DNA from: Chlorokybus atmophyticus
Lineage: Eukaryota; Plantae; Mesostigma and Chlorokybus algae
Direction: 5' to 3'
Assembly: GCA_009103225.1 (NCBI GenBank)
Contig: RHPI01000260.1
Location: 630,203 to 694,202, forward strand
DNA: 64,000 nucleotides
The translations under genes were made by a program, and so were the position numbers. Positions 48,633 through 60,980 of this stretch are shown here, piece by piece (within the stretch, counting starts at the first letter, position 1; every line of letters begins with the position of its first letter). The notes beneath the pieces are model-generated. The model had not been told where the DNA came from, ran no database searches, and worked only from the letters and a program-made list of their open reading frames with translations.

Positions 48633-49673
48633 CAATATAACAATAACAACATACAACCATTGTACACTCGAATAACCTGCAACCGTTGTCTTGATGTACT
48701 TATTTATAGTCATGACCAAACGCTTGCATAGCTATAGGCATTAGCTCTATGCTAGGCCACATCAACACCCTTGTGTGGAGACCTGTGCAGGAGATTGGGA
48801 CGTGTGACTGTGTGCTACTTCACCAAACATCACACATCTTGATAGGTGTACATAAGTACACACACAACCACATTCTTACCATCGCAGCGAGTAATGTAGA
48901 GTGCCTTTCTCTAGCCTATCGATGTCACAACAATGTTTATACATGAGCAGCCCATCAGCAAGTACCCGTGTTGGATGCATCAACTGTACGCATGCAATTG
49001 CTTATCTTTTGGTGACAACACTCTCACACAGATTTGGGATTGGGGCAATGCACGTAGAGGTTGAGTGTTCACAAAAGCAGAATGAGGTCGCAACACATTC
49101 TCAGGTAAAGAAATGCTGAGCACCAAATGAAGGTGTACAAACATGTACAAACAACGCGTAACTGCATTGTGGTAAATCACACAGAGCAAAGGTTGCAGAT
49201 GCTGCATTATAGCATGGTTATAGCAGGTACAGCAACCATGGTGTAGTGGCGTACATAGCGCCAGAAAGGTCATGTCAACTTGAACAACAAGTTGCTCAGC
49301 CCTACGTGCTACATGTACGCACTGCATAAGAATGGGAAGGCTCCTGCAGCAAGTTGACTGCCTACAGCTACGCGTACACAGCCAGGCACGACTGCTCTGG
49401 CCAGTAGAAACAAACACTACACGCCAGGCAAATTGCTGGCAGAGTGCTGTTCCACGAAATCTCTGTGCCCATACAGCTTGGGGCATGGACACACTCGGTG
49501 CCTCCAACAAGACCTGTACAAAACTTCCTACCTATGCGCCCCCCTGGCATGGTGCAATGCGGCACAAACCGGTTCAACAGCTTGCATGTAACGACTAGCC
49601 TGCAGGCCCCAATTGGCAGCTGAATGCCACCTGGCGCTTGGTAAGAGTGATGGAATGTCATATGCGCGCGTGA

Positions 49674-52340
49674 CTAGAACTCTCTCCGCTTAGTAGGGCC
49701 ATTTACAGCAGCAGCGAGCCACTTCTCAGCTTCCATTCGGCTTCTGACCTTCCTTGGGAAAGGACATCTCAAGGTGTGCATTTGGCCATTCTCGCATATC
49801 CGGATGTCAAACCCAAGCGTGTCTACGCGGCAAATGCGTGCTTCCTGCATATAACAGTTGCTCGTGAGTACTTGCTCAAGCAGAGCAGGACATGCATCTG
49901 CAAGACTCATACGGTGACTCACAACCAACTGAAGGTCACTGACTAACAAAATGTATATATACACAAACATCCTCATGCGACGCTCTCATGCCATGCATAC
50001 CTCAGGGTCCTTCGCAAACTTCTGCCTGCATAGCGTTTGCAGTGCCTTCAGATGGCGATTCTTGGTGTTGAAAGCTTGTACAATTGCATCTGACTCTCTG
50101 GCTAAGGCATCCGCCATACCCATGGCAAACTCGTCACCTGTCAGCACAAATACTCAGCACACCTGCCTTTAAACGCGCAACAAGTCTGCACTGATGCAGC
50201 CTGTGAATGTGCGCCTGGCAAGCCTCTACGGAACAAACAACACAGTTCACCACGCGCACCAGTTAAGTCAACTTGCTCGCCGGATGCCGTGTCAAGACGA
50301 ACATTCACTGGTCGCAGCCGGTAGAACTCGTCAGTTGCGCTGCGCTTTTGAACGAATCCGTTACTGCGGACAACATCAAAGTAGGTCTGATCCTCAGCAA
50401 CGGCTTTGCGCATGTCTTTGTCCGCAGGGAAATGACGGTGCCATGCAGCTGCTGCCGCTGCTTTCTGATGGACAGGAATTGGCGATATCTGCCCAGCAAG
50501 GGTGACTCTCCAGACAGGTGTATCCAGATCCTTGGCATACTCTGCAGTTGCCGCCTGCAATTCCAACCAACTATGAGATGCATGCAAAACGGAAAGCAAT
50601 GAAGCCTGGACGCAGGATGTCTCAATATGCTGGTAGACATATGCATGGTGGTTGACCATGCCAACGTACCCTGGCTACCCCGCAGCTGAACTCCAAGGGA
50701 TGCAGCAAAGCAAGTGTAGCTAAGTCTGTCCAGGTATTATAATCCACATCATAGCCACTGGCCTCTGCGGCGGAAGTCTCCGCCTGCGCCACTTCCCAAT
50801 TGGCAGCTATCATGTCATCTGTCGAAGCAAACTGACCATCTTCGTCCTGCTCCAACATGTTCTTGTTAGCACGCTGAAGGCATGCACTTGTGCATTGGCA
50901 TTCACACACAACAGTTAAAAGTACCTCGTCATCTTCATCCTCGTCATCTTGGTCGCTATCATCGTCATCACCAAGGACTACACCTGAGTAATTCTGATAA
51001 TGGTAGTTGTGGTCATCCAAATCCACAACGCCCTCGATTTCCACCTCCACCTCTACAGCCTCCACCAGGTTAACAACTTGCTGCAGTACGACATCGTCGC
51101 AGCTGCCAAAGCCCACCATCAACTGCACAAGCCCATCGTAAGCACCTCATGACACTACAGAACAGCCGCAAAATGCGCAGGCCACTGTGCAAATGACCAC
51201 GGCAACTTCGTGCAATTCATCACACGAGCTTGTTAACAATGGCTACCGAAACAACTTGCCAATCTAACCCTTAACAATGTCTGCCGGCAACAGTGCGTAC
51301 CATGCAGTTCGGGTCAGCAGCAAGGTTTCGCAGAATCGCTTGATCAGCTGGTATTCTGACAAGAATGTCACCAGACTCCTCCACCACGTATGGCATATCC
51401 ATGCCAACCGGCAACTCCCGATCAATGACAACGGCGCAGATCAGCACGCCCTGCGAGCTAGCCTCCGCAATTGAGCGTGCCCGGTCAGCAGACGTCAGCT
51501 CCGGAAGCTTTCGCTTATCTTCACAATACTCCCTGCAAGTAGATATGTGCAACGGGCTGTCATTGTCAAGCTCAAGTAATAGCTCGTGCTGTGCTCTGCA
51601 GACATCTCATAACTAAGTCTTACCTGAAGCCATCATTCTGAAATGACCAGCCTGATGTGTAAGATTGTTGCGGGGGCGTGCGAATGGCCAAAACTTGCTG
51701 TGAATGCGGCATGCGCACGATACTCGGCTTCCTGTCACAGCATCAAAATGGGTCAACCATATTGCAAAGCAGCCCCGCACGGCTGAGCAACCAACACGCA
51801 AGAAAAGTGAATGAGTGTTTGTTGGCAATACTACTGCCTGCCTTGAACCGAAACGACGTTCCCATAGCCAACCAGATACAACGTTTTAAATTGTAAACAA
51901 AGCAATTGTGAGCCAGACTGCCCAGATTGCGCTGCAACATTGCATGGATGAGGCGATTGGTAGTGAAGGTTGCTCAGGGTGGACATAACCGCCACGCAAC
52001 GTTGCAGCGTTGTTTGTGAGATCTTGGCAGGTGAATTCAGCACAGGGAGGCATTGGAAACACATCACGCAAAGACGCCATGCGACGAGATGAGGACGCAA
52101 AACAGCGTACCAGTGCTGCTAGAGCATGCATATCAACGCAAATAACCCGGCAAGAAACAGAACCGAGCTGTCCTTCGGCCGATCTCACTTGCACAACAAT
52201 GAGCGCTCACAGCCAAGTAAGCCATACCTTGGGCGCAGCAAGACAGTGCTCCCACAAAACCCTGCAGCTGAGCTGTCCACCCGCTTGGCGATCACGGCCT
52301 GGCGAGCTAGGGCGACGGGCACGCTCGCGGCGGCGGCCAT
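49674..52340 (-). CDS. At3g49140-like plastid protein (PNPOx/HugZ-like split barrel, acidic insert, C-terminal DUF2470-like domain)
   Basis: Transit-peptide-like MAAAASVPVALARQAVIAKR...; LTSADRARSIAE; DMPYVVEESGDILVRI; a D/E-rich insert; LATLALLHPLEFS; FYRLRPVNVRL; C-terminal VDTLGFDIRIC...TLRCPF...EAEKWL. Start may be 52361. Confidence 0.75.
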
Positions 52341-53332
52341 GGTAGCAGCTGGAGTGCTCATTGTCCTCACCAGAAGCAAGAAGCACGCCCGCACGGCCGA
52401 CGACACCACCACCACCACCGCCCCCGCCGCTGCCCTTTTTCCCGCTTTCGTTGGATACACACACCCTACACACTGTAGATGGTCCCGTCAAAAAGAGATC
52501 GTGGTTATAGGCTACGAGACTGTGCGCCTCGAGTAGCGCTTCTCTCTTTTTATTGCCGCGGTTAAATCACGCCTCAAATTTTGTATTTTCGCAAAGTTGG
52601 CGGCGCGAAAGTCCAGTTGCGGCAACTCACCGGCCCGCAACTCCCACGTAGGTTTGGCTGCCCGCTCGTGATCGTTAGCTGTGGCCGCGCACCGCGCGCC
52701 TCCAGCGCGGACTGTCAGCAGCAAGCCCCAAAAAGTGTGCTGTGCGAGCGTCGCTTTCCTCGCTTTCGAAAACTCACCCGCCAATTATTACCCGCGTCAC
52801 GACAATTTCAAATGAGTTCGCTCAGTGTGGCCGGACCAAAAGCGCGACGCGCATTGCGCTTTATGGAGAGGCCTCCGCGGCAGGGCATCCTCATGATAGG
52901 CCTTGCCCATGTGCCGTGGGCGCTAGGCTCCTTTTGAATGCGCGGACCGTTCAAATTACATGACCAACGTACCGGTAATGTTTGAATAGATACCGCACCG
53001 TTTTGCCCAAAAGAGCGGGACCAATGAATTTGACGGACCCAACCAAATCAACTGCCCGCATTCTAATCGTGTTTCATGGAAGCCGATTGAACGTGTGAAC
53101 AGTTCAATCGATCCGGTTGCTGACGGGGGTTTCTCTAGACCTAGTTGTGCATCGGAGGAGGCGGCCTGTTGCGCACTGCGGATCTGCGGCCATTACGCGG
53201 GCGGGCATTGTCCTCACAGGCGACAGCCTTGTTTGCCAGCGTGTTGTCCACTGCGTCGCCTCCTTGATCGCTGGCGTGGTAGTGGATGTCGCCCTTGTCC
53301 TGGGCTATCCTGCTGCTGGCACTTTGGGCGTT

Positions 53333-56062
53333 ATGGTGACTGCATCCGTGGCTGTCTCGGCTGGTGCGGCGGCGGCGATGGCGGCAGCGGCTGCTAGATT
53401 GTCGTCGCCCGCAAGTTGCAGCAGCAGTGCGCCGCCTTTGCGCCATAGCTCAGGGCAGCACACGTGGCGTCCTGCCAGGGCTTCAGCTTGCCCTGGCCGG
53501 AAGGGGCCTTTGGAGCAGGGCGGAGGCCGGAGGAGGCGGCAGCTGCCACGTAACAGCACGCGCTGCTGCGCCAAGAAGAACCAGGATGGGGGCGAGCCGG
53601 ACCGCAGCAGGTAAGCCCTTGCCCTTGTCAGGGCAACCTGCCTGGTGCTTGCCAGCTGTTGCGCAGTATGCCTAGTCGTAATTGATTCTCGGGGTCTTGT
53701 ACTGCCATGTGCGTGCGAGTAAGCTTTGCGTGTCAACACCTGCATGCATCGCGAATGTGGCCTGTGTTTGCCTGGCCCTGATTGGGAGCGCTAGCTTTCT
53801 GCGTTTAGGTTGCGACTTGCGTTTGCCAGCGCTCAACACTCACTAGATAATTGACAGTACCAAGCAAGCACACCCGCTACCTTAGCACAGTTAACGTGCT
53901 GACTTTATACCAGGTGTACTTGGATTGTTCATGGACTAGGTCACAGCTTCCAGCCATCAGGTCCAGCGTGACAGCTAGTAGTAGATAGGGAGCTTCTACC
54001 GCTCTGCGCTTCTCATACTGGCTGTTGCTTTGCTTGAAGCACACTGCATTGTAACGGCATGGCTCACTTGAAGCATCATGGCAGTCAGGAGGAGGCCAGT
54101 TCATCCGGCTTCGAGCAGAGCATGGGTCCATTGGGCGAAGACAGCTCGAGCGTATCTATGTCCAATTTGTACAAACGCATAGAACAGTTGCGCATGCGCG
54201 AGCTTGACCACGAGCAAGTAGTGCGAGCGAACTGGCGCACTGGCAAGGGCAAACTTACAGCGTTGGTGTCAATTCAAGATTTTGTTCGGCGAGTGAAGTT
54301 TCAGGTGTGCAATTGTCACATGAAGTTGTTGGCAACGGCCCTTGAACCAAGTACCTGCAGCAATGTCTGCCTTTCTGAGGCTCTTTATAGTGTGTGTGGT
54401 GGTGTGTGTGTGTGGGGGGGTGGGGGTGGGGNGGGGGCGGGGGGGGTTTCGGGTTGCTGTGCGTTGGCTTTGCTCACAATCGCTGCTAGTAGGGTGACTT
54501 GATTGCATGCGGGACGTATCGCGGGAAGGTCTTGCTGGTGGATACACAGAATAAAAGGTAATGACAGCTGTTGTTCAAGGCTTGTTAGGTGACACAGTGA
54601 CTATCATGTACAGCGTGGCATGCGAGGCCGCGTGTCTGCGTTGCTCAATCATACCATTGGGTTTATGCTGACGTGGTGATCTCGGTGTTCTTGTGGTGCA
54701 GGCTAGTGGGACAGTTTGTCGGGCACAACACTTCGACAACATGCTTAGATTACGATGGCGTCCACTTGGTTGCGGGTAGGTTACAGCAGTTGCCATGCAC
54801 AGGAGTAGCCGCATGCCGGCCAATTGGCAAGTATGTGCCAGAGCATGGCACACTTCATTGATAAACCTGCTGTTTGTTGTCAGGCGCTGGCGATGGCATG
54901 GTGCGCGTGTGGGACACAACCATTGCAAAGAAGGGCCGCAACTATGAAGGCACTCTTCTCTCGTATGTTGAATCTGATTGTTTATTTGTCACTGACATAT
55001 GTACATGTGTACATGCATGCCTTGCATGCATTCGCAAACAGAGACAGTGTGTGAGTATACACAGCTACTGCCGGACCCTGATGTTGTTTATGTGCTAGAG
55101 CTCATACGGGTGCAGTCACTTGTGTACAACTTTATGGTGGAAAGGTCTACAGTGGGTCAGAAGATGGTTTCGTTCGGTAGGAAGCCGCATAATATGGCAA
55201 TTGTTAGCAGCTTTGCGCGCATCGTGCCCAGAGTGCATCAGCAAGACTTGTTGATCCATGCGCAGCGTGTGGGATGCGGTGACGGGGCAGCTCCTGCATG
55301 AGCTGGAGCGAGGCCGTGCGGTGCTCTGTCTACACCGCTCTGAAGATTATCTTGTCAGCGGGGATGTCAGTGGGGCTGTCACTGCATGGTCTGTGAGAGC
55401 ATGGCGTAGAATACTCAGCTTCAAGGTTGGCAGCATCTTGCCTCCACAACTTGACATTGCACAATACTGCATTTTAGACTTGATATAACCAGCATGCCTG
55501 CTGGTTATTAGGTGCACAGCGGCGGGGAGGCGGTCCACTGCTTACAGTATGACGATGAGAGCAAGGAGTTGATGACGGGCTGTGCGGATGGCTCCATTAC
55601 AGTGTGGGATTGCAGGGATGGCAAATTTGTTCGCAGCATGCGCGGTCATACTGGGCCTGTTTTGAGCCTTCAGGTTGGAGACTTTATATGTTGCTTTGAA
55701 GGTGCTTAAAATTTTCAAGCAGTGTTCTGCTCTCATGCCTGATGACCCTTTGGTGGTGTGACAGGCGGACAAGTATAAGCTTGTAACTGCCAGTTCAGAC
55801 GGCTCTATCCGTGGCTGGGATCGTCAAAGTGGGGAGCAGTTTTATTTGGTGCATGGTTACACGCCTTACCTGGGTGCATTGCAGTTTGATGCCAATCGTA
55901 TGGTGACAGATGGGGCCAATAATGTGGTAAGCATGCTGTGCTATGTATCAAGTTCACATTGCCCTAGCTTATGCAGCAAAACCGGCTTAAGATTGCAGTT
56001 GTTTAACCTTGTTGACATTGGTATGGCAGATCATTGTGCACGACTTTTCAAAGCAACCTTGA
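53333..56062 (+). CDS. WD40-repeat protein (FBXW7/beta-TrCP-like propeller, no visible F-box) with a transit-peptide-like N-terminus
   Basis: MVTASVAVSAGAAAAMAAAAARLSSPASCSSS... leader; VVRANWRTGKGK linker; WD repeats FVGHNTSTTCLDYD, GAGDGMVRVWD, LVSGDVSGAVTAW, LMTGCADGSITVWD, MRGHTGPVLSLQ, LVTASSDGSIRGWD; ends IIVHDFSKQP*. Confidence 0.8.
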
Positions 56063-57445
56063 TCCCATTGCGGGTGGGAGTGTCTTCATTGGCACTGTGA
56101 GTGCTTGTACAGTCGTATTGCACAATGTGTTCCACACAGCAGTTAGCATCGATCGCCAGTAGTCTTGCTTAGCATAGCAGTAGTTTGTTAGTTGTTTGCC
56201 CGCCGCGTTGTACATACAATAGATTGTGGTGGTAGTTGAACAAGACTGCTTGCGCAATACAGTGCGCCAATTAGTTCGCGCGGAGAGTGGTTTGCAGCAG
56301 GCAACCACCAACTGCTCACTGTAGTGCTGAAAATTGTGATCACTGTGCTACACTCTATAGTACACACACTGTAAAGTGTCCGTGGCAACCGTCTAAAGTA
56401 GTTGTTAAGCGCTTGCTCACCAACAACAAGGACCTACTCATGTTGTGCATATCTTACTTACATGCGGAGACACCATGTCAAGCGCGAACAATGCCAAGGG
56501 TATTGGATGTGCCACACAGCTAGCAGCAGCCTGGTGGTATGAAGTATTGGCATGCCATTGCATGTTGTGCTTGTCACCATGCATGTCAATAACCTAGCAT
56601 ACTATCTCTCATACTGTATCTGCATGTCGTGTTCGAAGTTGCATGCGGCTTGGTTGCTAACTGTCACTGCGATGTACTAACTGCATTGCACTTGCATAGT
56701 TGTAACTGTGCGGTTATGAGTGGTGTTTTGCTGTGCTCCCCTAATCCTGCCGTTAGAGAATGCCTGCAGGCATTCTATGTGTGCTTAGCCAAGTGCGGAG
56801 GGGTTGGGATTTGAATGGCGGCTGCAGCGCCAATGGCAGTCACAGTGTACTGGTTAATGTGATAGTAAAAAATTAAAAAAGAACAAAAATCACAGCACAG
56901 CACAACACACCAAGCACTACCTCCGCCCCCGCCCTGCTGCTGCTGCTGTCTTGGGTCCTACTGCGCTGCACCGGCCTGACACATGTCACTGCGCGACCAC
57001 AGGTGTTGTTTGACTACCTGCTACCTTGCTTGCCCTGCCTGCTCACCCGCCCCCACTCTCGCCCTTTGCGCGCACTTAGACAAGGCACTCAGCTAGTTGC
57101 TGCCCTGGCCCCTGTCTTAATTCCTTGTGCTCGAGTGCTTGTTGTGTTTGCTTTTGCCTAGTGTGTGAGTGCGCTTTGCATGCATCAGAACCACTTGGCT
57201 AGCACATACACTTGCAGAAGTAGCCATGCAACACAATCACATGCATGCGACGCACGTGCTGAAGCGGCCTACCAACATGTCCGACACATGTCAGTCTGCA
57301 TGCAGTCATGGTAACAAGGCTTCATACAGGCAGATTCTTGTTACAGCGTTAACCAAATCACAGCAACTTTACACCAACACCAAACCCGCAAAGCACATTG
57401 TCCACTCTCACTACCCAACAGCCCATGACCAGGGCACAATAACCA

Positions 57446-60400
57446 TCAGTCTCTTTCAAATGCGGAATGCAAAGCGTTGTACTCCTCTGATGAAAAGCCA
57501 GCAGCTGCAACAACCTGCAAACGATGCCAGTTAGACACAATCCGCAGGAGAAGTGGAATCAATGTTAAGCAAGTTACACATAATCTAGCATACTATCTCT
57601 TGTACACCAAAGCACCTTCGCAACAGCTGTTGGAGCCTGAAAGGTAGATTGCAGGAACGGTATGTGGTGCAGAGACAAGACATCCAACAGCAGCATTGTT
57701 ACAAGGCGCCACTGTTGTGCATTGAAAGCAGGTAATGCAGTTGTGAAGTGACATGTCTGCAGCAACTTGGCCTGCGAGCAAACTTGGCCACTGAGTCTTG
57801 GCTCATACATGCATAAGCCAAACATGGGGCAAATAACCGAAAGAAAGGCTCACCAACGTGCTTTCTAATACGGAGACAGGGGTAGCAATCCGCAAGTCGC
57901 GCACAACCACCGGCAGTGACCGCGCCACCCAAGACGAGAATGTTCTTCTAATCTCCAATGCACTCGGTTCAACTTCTACGCCAATATCCTCGGGATGTAG
58001 TTCTGCATTGAGTTCAGTGTCAGCTGGTTGACTTGCCTGCGCATTGCTCAGTGAAGCTGTTGAACAGAACATCCCACTAAGTGCGCATTGCGTGCGCATT
58101 GCAGATACCAGCACTTGGAAGCGTTCGCAGCAAATGCAAACCTGGTGGCAACCCTTGTATGTAACGACGCGTATGGACTGTGACCCACTCTTCCAGCGAC
58201 ATGTACAGTGACGCAAATGGCGACAGCTGCAGGCTGAATCCTTTTGGCGGTGGGCCGTACCACTCGCTGCGCTCAGCCTTCGGAGCCTGGTGCTGAGCCA
58301 CGAGCCGGTTGTTGCCAGTTTGCTGATATGATGTGCCTGTGAAGACATAAGCACAGCTGTCAAGTCATCATACTACATGTATACTGACTAACAACAAAGG
58401 TGCCACAGATTATCACTACAGTACTTGGCAGCTCCTGGTCATCATCGTCCGCGATTGCTTGTTCTGCCATGGATGCTAAGGCGGCTGCCATCTGCTCCGC
58501 AGACTCCAGGCGCTGCTGTGTTGGAACACCCGCAACCACAGCTGCAGGTAGAACCACTCCTGCCGGCTTTGCATCTTCTGGGCTGTAAACCTGCAGCTGG
58601 CTGGCGACCGCCTGTTCGTTTGCTGTGTCATCTGGGCGCTCAACGTGCAACTGGCTGAATGCAGTGCTTAGGCTGCTATCTTTTTGACTGTCGCCAGCAA
58701 CTTCAACCGAATCTGCACCTGTAGCACCCGCTCAATTATTCAACCAAGAGCTAACTCAACCTGAGTGAAATCGCAAAGCGGATCCTACTTACTGTCGACT
58801 GTCCGCTCTTTCACAGTTGCCTTGGGTCCATTCCAAGTCTGATCTGGTAACGGTAGCCCTTGCCCATCCTCTTTTTCAAACGGGCCACCATCAGCCCAAG
58901 ATACGCGCCGCTTGGGTTTCTCTTCCTTACTCGACATGTTGGTGTCATGGGATTGATCAACCTGCATGCTTTCAGTTGCAACCTGGGTGTCCTTGAGACT
59001 GTTGTTGGAAGCGTTGACTGGCTGTGTCTCTGCGCCCGCACTCTGTTTGTTGGCACCAGTCGCAGCATCTGTGACAGTCAAGGACTTGCGCTGACGTGGA
59101 GGCCGATGCTTCGGCATATAACCATCAACTGCTTCAGCAGGCCTGCACACGCCTCATCAGCCGCGTGACGTCGCCAACTAAGGCTTGCACATAGCAACAA
59201 AGGTGTCCAGCGCACCCGACGTGCTGGTCAAGCTGCGCATGCGCTTGCGGCTGGGCATGCTCTTGTACCGCTTGCACCAGAAGATTTGTGTCCACTCTGG
59301 AGTGCGCCTGCATTTGCTGCTCTACAGGCACACTTGGAATGGCCCTGCATTGCATGCAGCTTCTCTGTACCGTATACCATACACTGTGCCAAAGGGCAGT
59401 TGCTCACATAAACATTTACAAGATGTGCATACACACAGCAACGGTGCTTACCCGTTCTGCAAGCCTCGGCCAAAGTGGTCTGATGCAATCGCATGTTCTG
59501 GTGAACAGAACTGGTCGTCGGTGCTTGTGTCATATACTTTTTTCTCTTTGAGCGAAATCCTATACCGTCCACGTCGTTGAGGCTGCAGAACCAACCTTTA
59601 GTAATGCCACAACAAGCTTTCTTTGAATGACTTCAGCAACACCACTTGCGCTCACCAAGGTGTGTCCCCACCTGCTTGTTCAACGCGTTACCACACAATG
59701 GATAGCCGCACATGTGCGCAATGGCGCGTTCTTCAACAACATCCTTATAGTGATCCAATGTGATGTGCTTTGCGCATTCGTTCAGCACGGCCGGAGTCAC
59801 ATCCGCTTCCAACAGGCGCTCTTGCGCCTCGTAAGCCCTCCTGGCAGCCGCTACAATGGCCTCTGCAGCTTCACGCCGCTGCTTTTCTTTTGCTGCACCT
59901 GTGAGTGGGTTTGAACTTATGATGCACGGCGTTTGTTGTTACAAGGCATGTGAGAAGGGAAAGCAGCTGCACGAAGCTGGCATGCAGGGGGCTCACTGAC
60001 TTGTAGGTGGTGCTTCGTTGCGCTGGTTTGAAGGGTTGAACGATTGTTGCACTCCATCAGCTGCCTTTTGCGGCCGTTCAGCCTCATCTAATCACGCATG
60101 TGATAACGCATTCACGAACTGAAACTCATCTTGTTTCAAACGAGGAAACATGTGAATTGTTACGCATGCGTTAACAGAATGGCAGTGCACCAGGACTTGC
60201 AAACTACCACTACACGCATGTCGTGTCACCGCATGTGCCGTAGGTTGTGCAGACGTGTAAGCTAAAGAGGCTGCTCATGCCATGCAAATGGCATGGCTTG
60301 CGCAGTGTTCTTTTTGTGCCAACTTTACCGACTCGTTGTTTGAGTAACAAGCAATGCAACGAAGACACTCACAATGAAAGCACTTCATTCAAACATGCAT

Positions 60401-60506
60401 CGCGTTTTAAAGCATGCCCGACACGACTGAACGACCACAGCAGCACCAAGCACGGAATTCTTCAGCGTGTTGTAGCTACAACTGTCTTACCGGTTTCCAT
60501 GGGCAT
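57446..60506 (-). CDS. RPAP2: RNA polymerase II CTD phosphatase RPAP2/Rtr1 homologue
   Basis: Rtr1 zinc-binding domain HYKDVVEERAIAHMCGYPLCGNAL...RGRYRISLKEKKVYD...QFCSPEH; plant-like C-terminal region LPVVVRDLRIATPVSVLESTL|AKLLQTCHFTTALPAF...QWRLVTMLLLDVLS. Confidence 0.87.
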
Positions 60507-60836
60507 GCTGCCGTCTCCATAGTCAAAAACAGGCAGAAATGTCGTCATCTCGCCAGCGCTGCTGCTTGACAAATCACCAGGCTACCTCCCAGCCCGTGCC
60601 CATCCAGCAACAAAGTCATTCATTAAACCGCACTGGCAATTCTTGTGCAGATTGACAATTCGACCAAACAACCACGCAACCCACATGCACATGCGCAAAG
60701 AGCTGTGCACGCTCACGCCGCAGCCGCCTCACGAGGGTGTTTCGCAATGCGCATGCATGTGATGTTGCTCATTGCCGATCACTGCAAGCTCGCACGCTGC
60801 GTTTCGCCGCAGCGAAGCGCAGGCGGGCACCACCAG

Positions 60837-60846
60837 TTTAGGGTTT
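60837..60846. promoter_or_regulatory. Telo-box TTTAGGGTTT in the RPAP2 / SF3B4 divergent promoter
   Basis: Exact plant-telomere-type motif about 135 nt upstream of the SF3B4 ATG. Confidence 0.6.
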
Positions 60847-60980
60847 GTTGTTGAGAAAAGTGCACAACCAGCGCTGCCAGGCGACGGCGGCGGTGGTGAC
60901 AGAAGCGGCGGCGGTGGAGGTAAAGGGCGAGGAGGGGTGGAGGGTAGTGGTGGAAATAGAGGTCAAGCGCGTATCTGAGG

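Noticed and set aside
54414-54446. G-rich intronic tract, potential G-quadruplex
   Set aside because: It contains an ambiguous base (54432) and homopolymer runs are error-prone, so the sequence is unreliable.
56905-57147. 243-bp segment with 13/14 inverted ends (ACACACCAAGCACT / AGTGCTTGTTGTGT), possible MITE
   Set aside because: The ends are CA-rich low complexity, with no target-site duplication and no second copy in the window.
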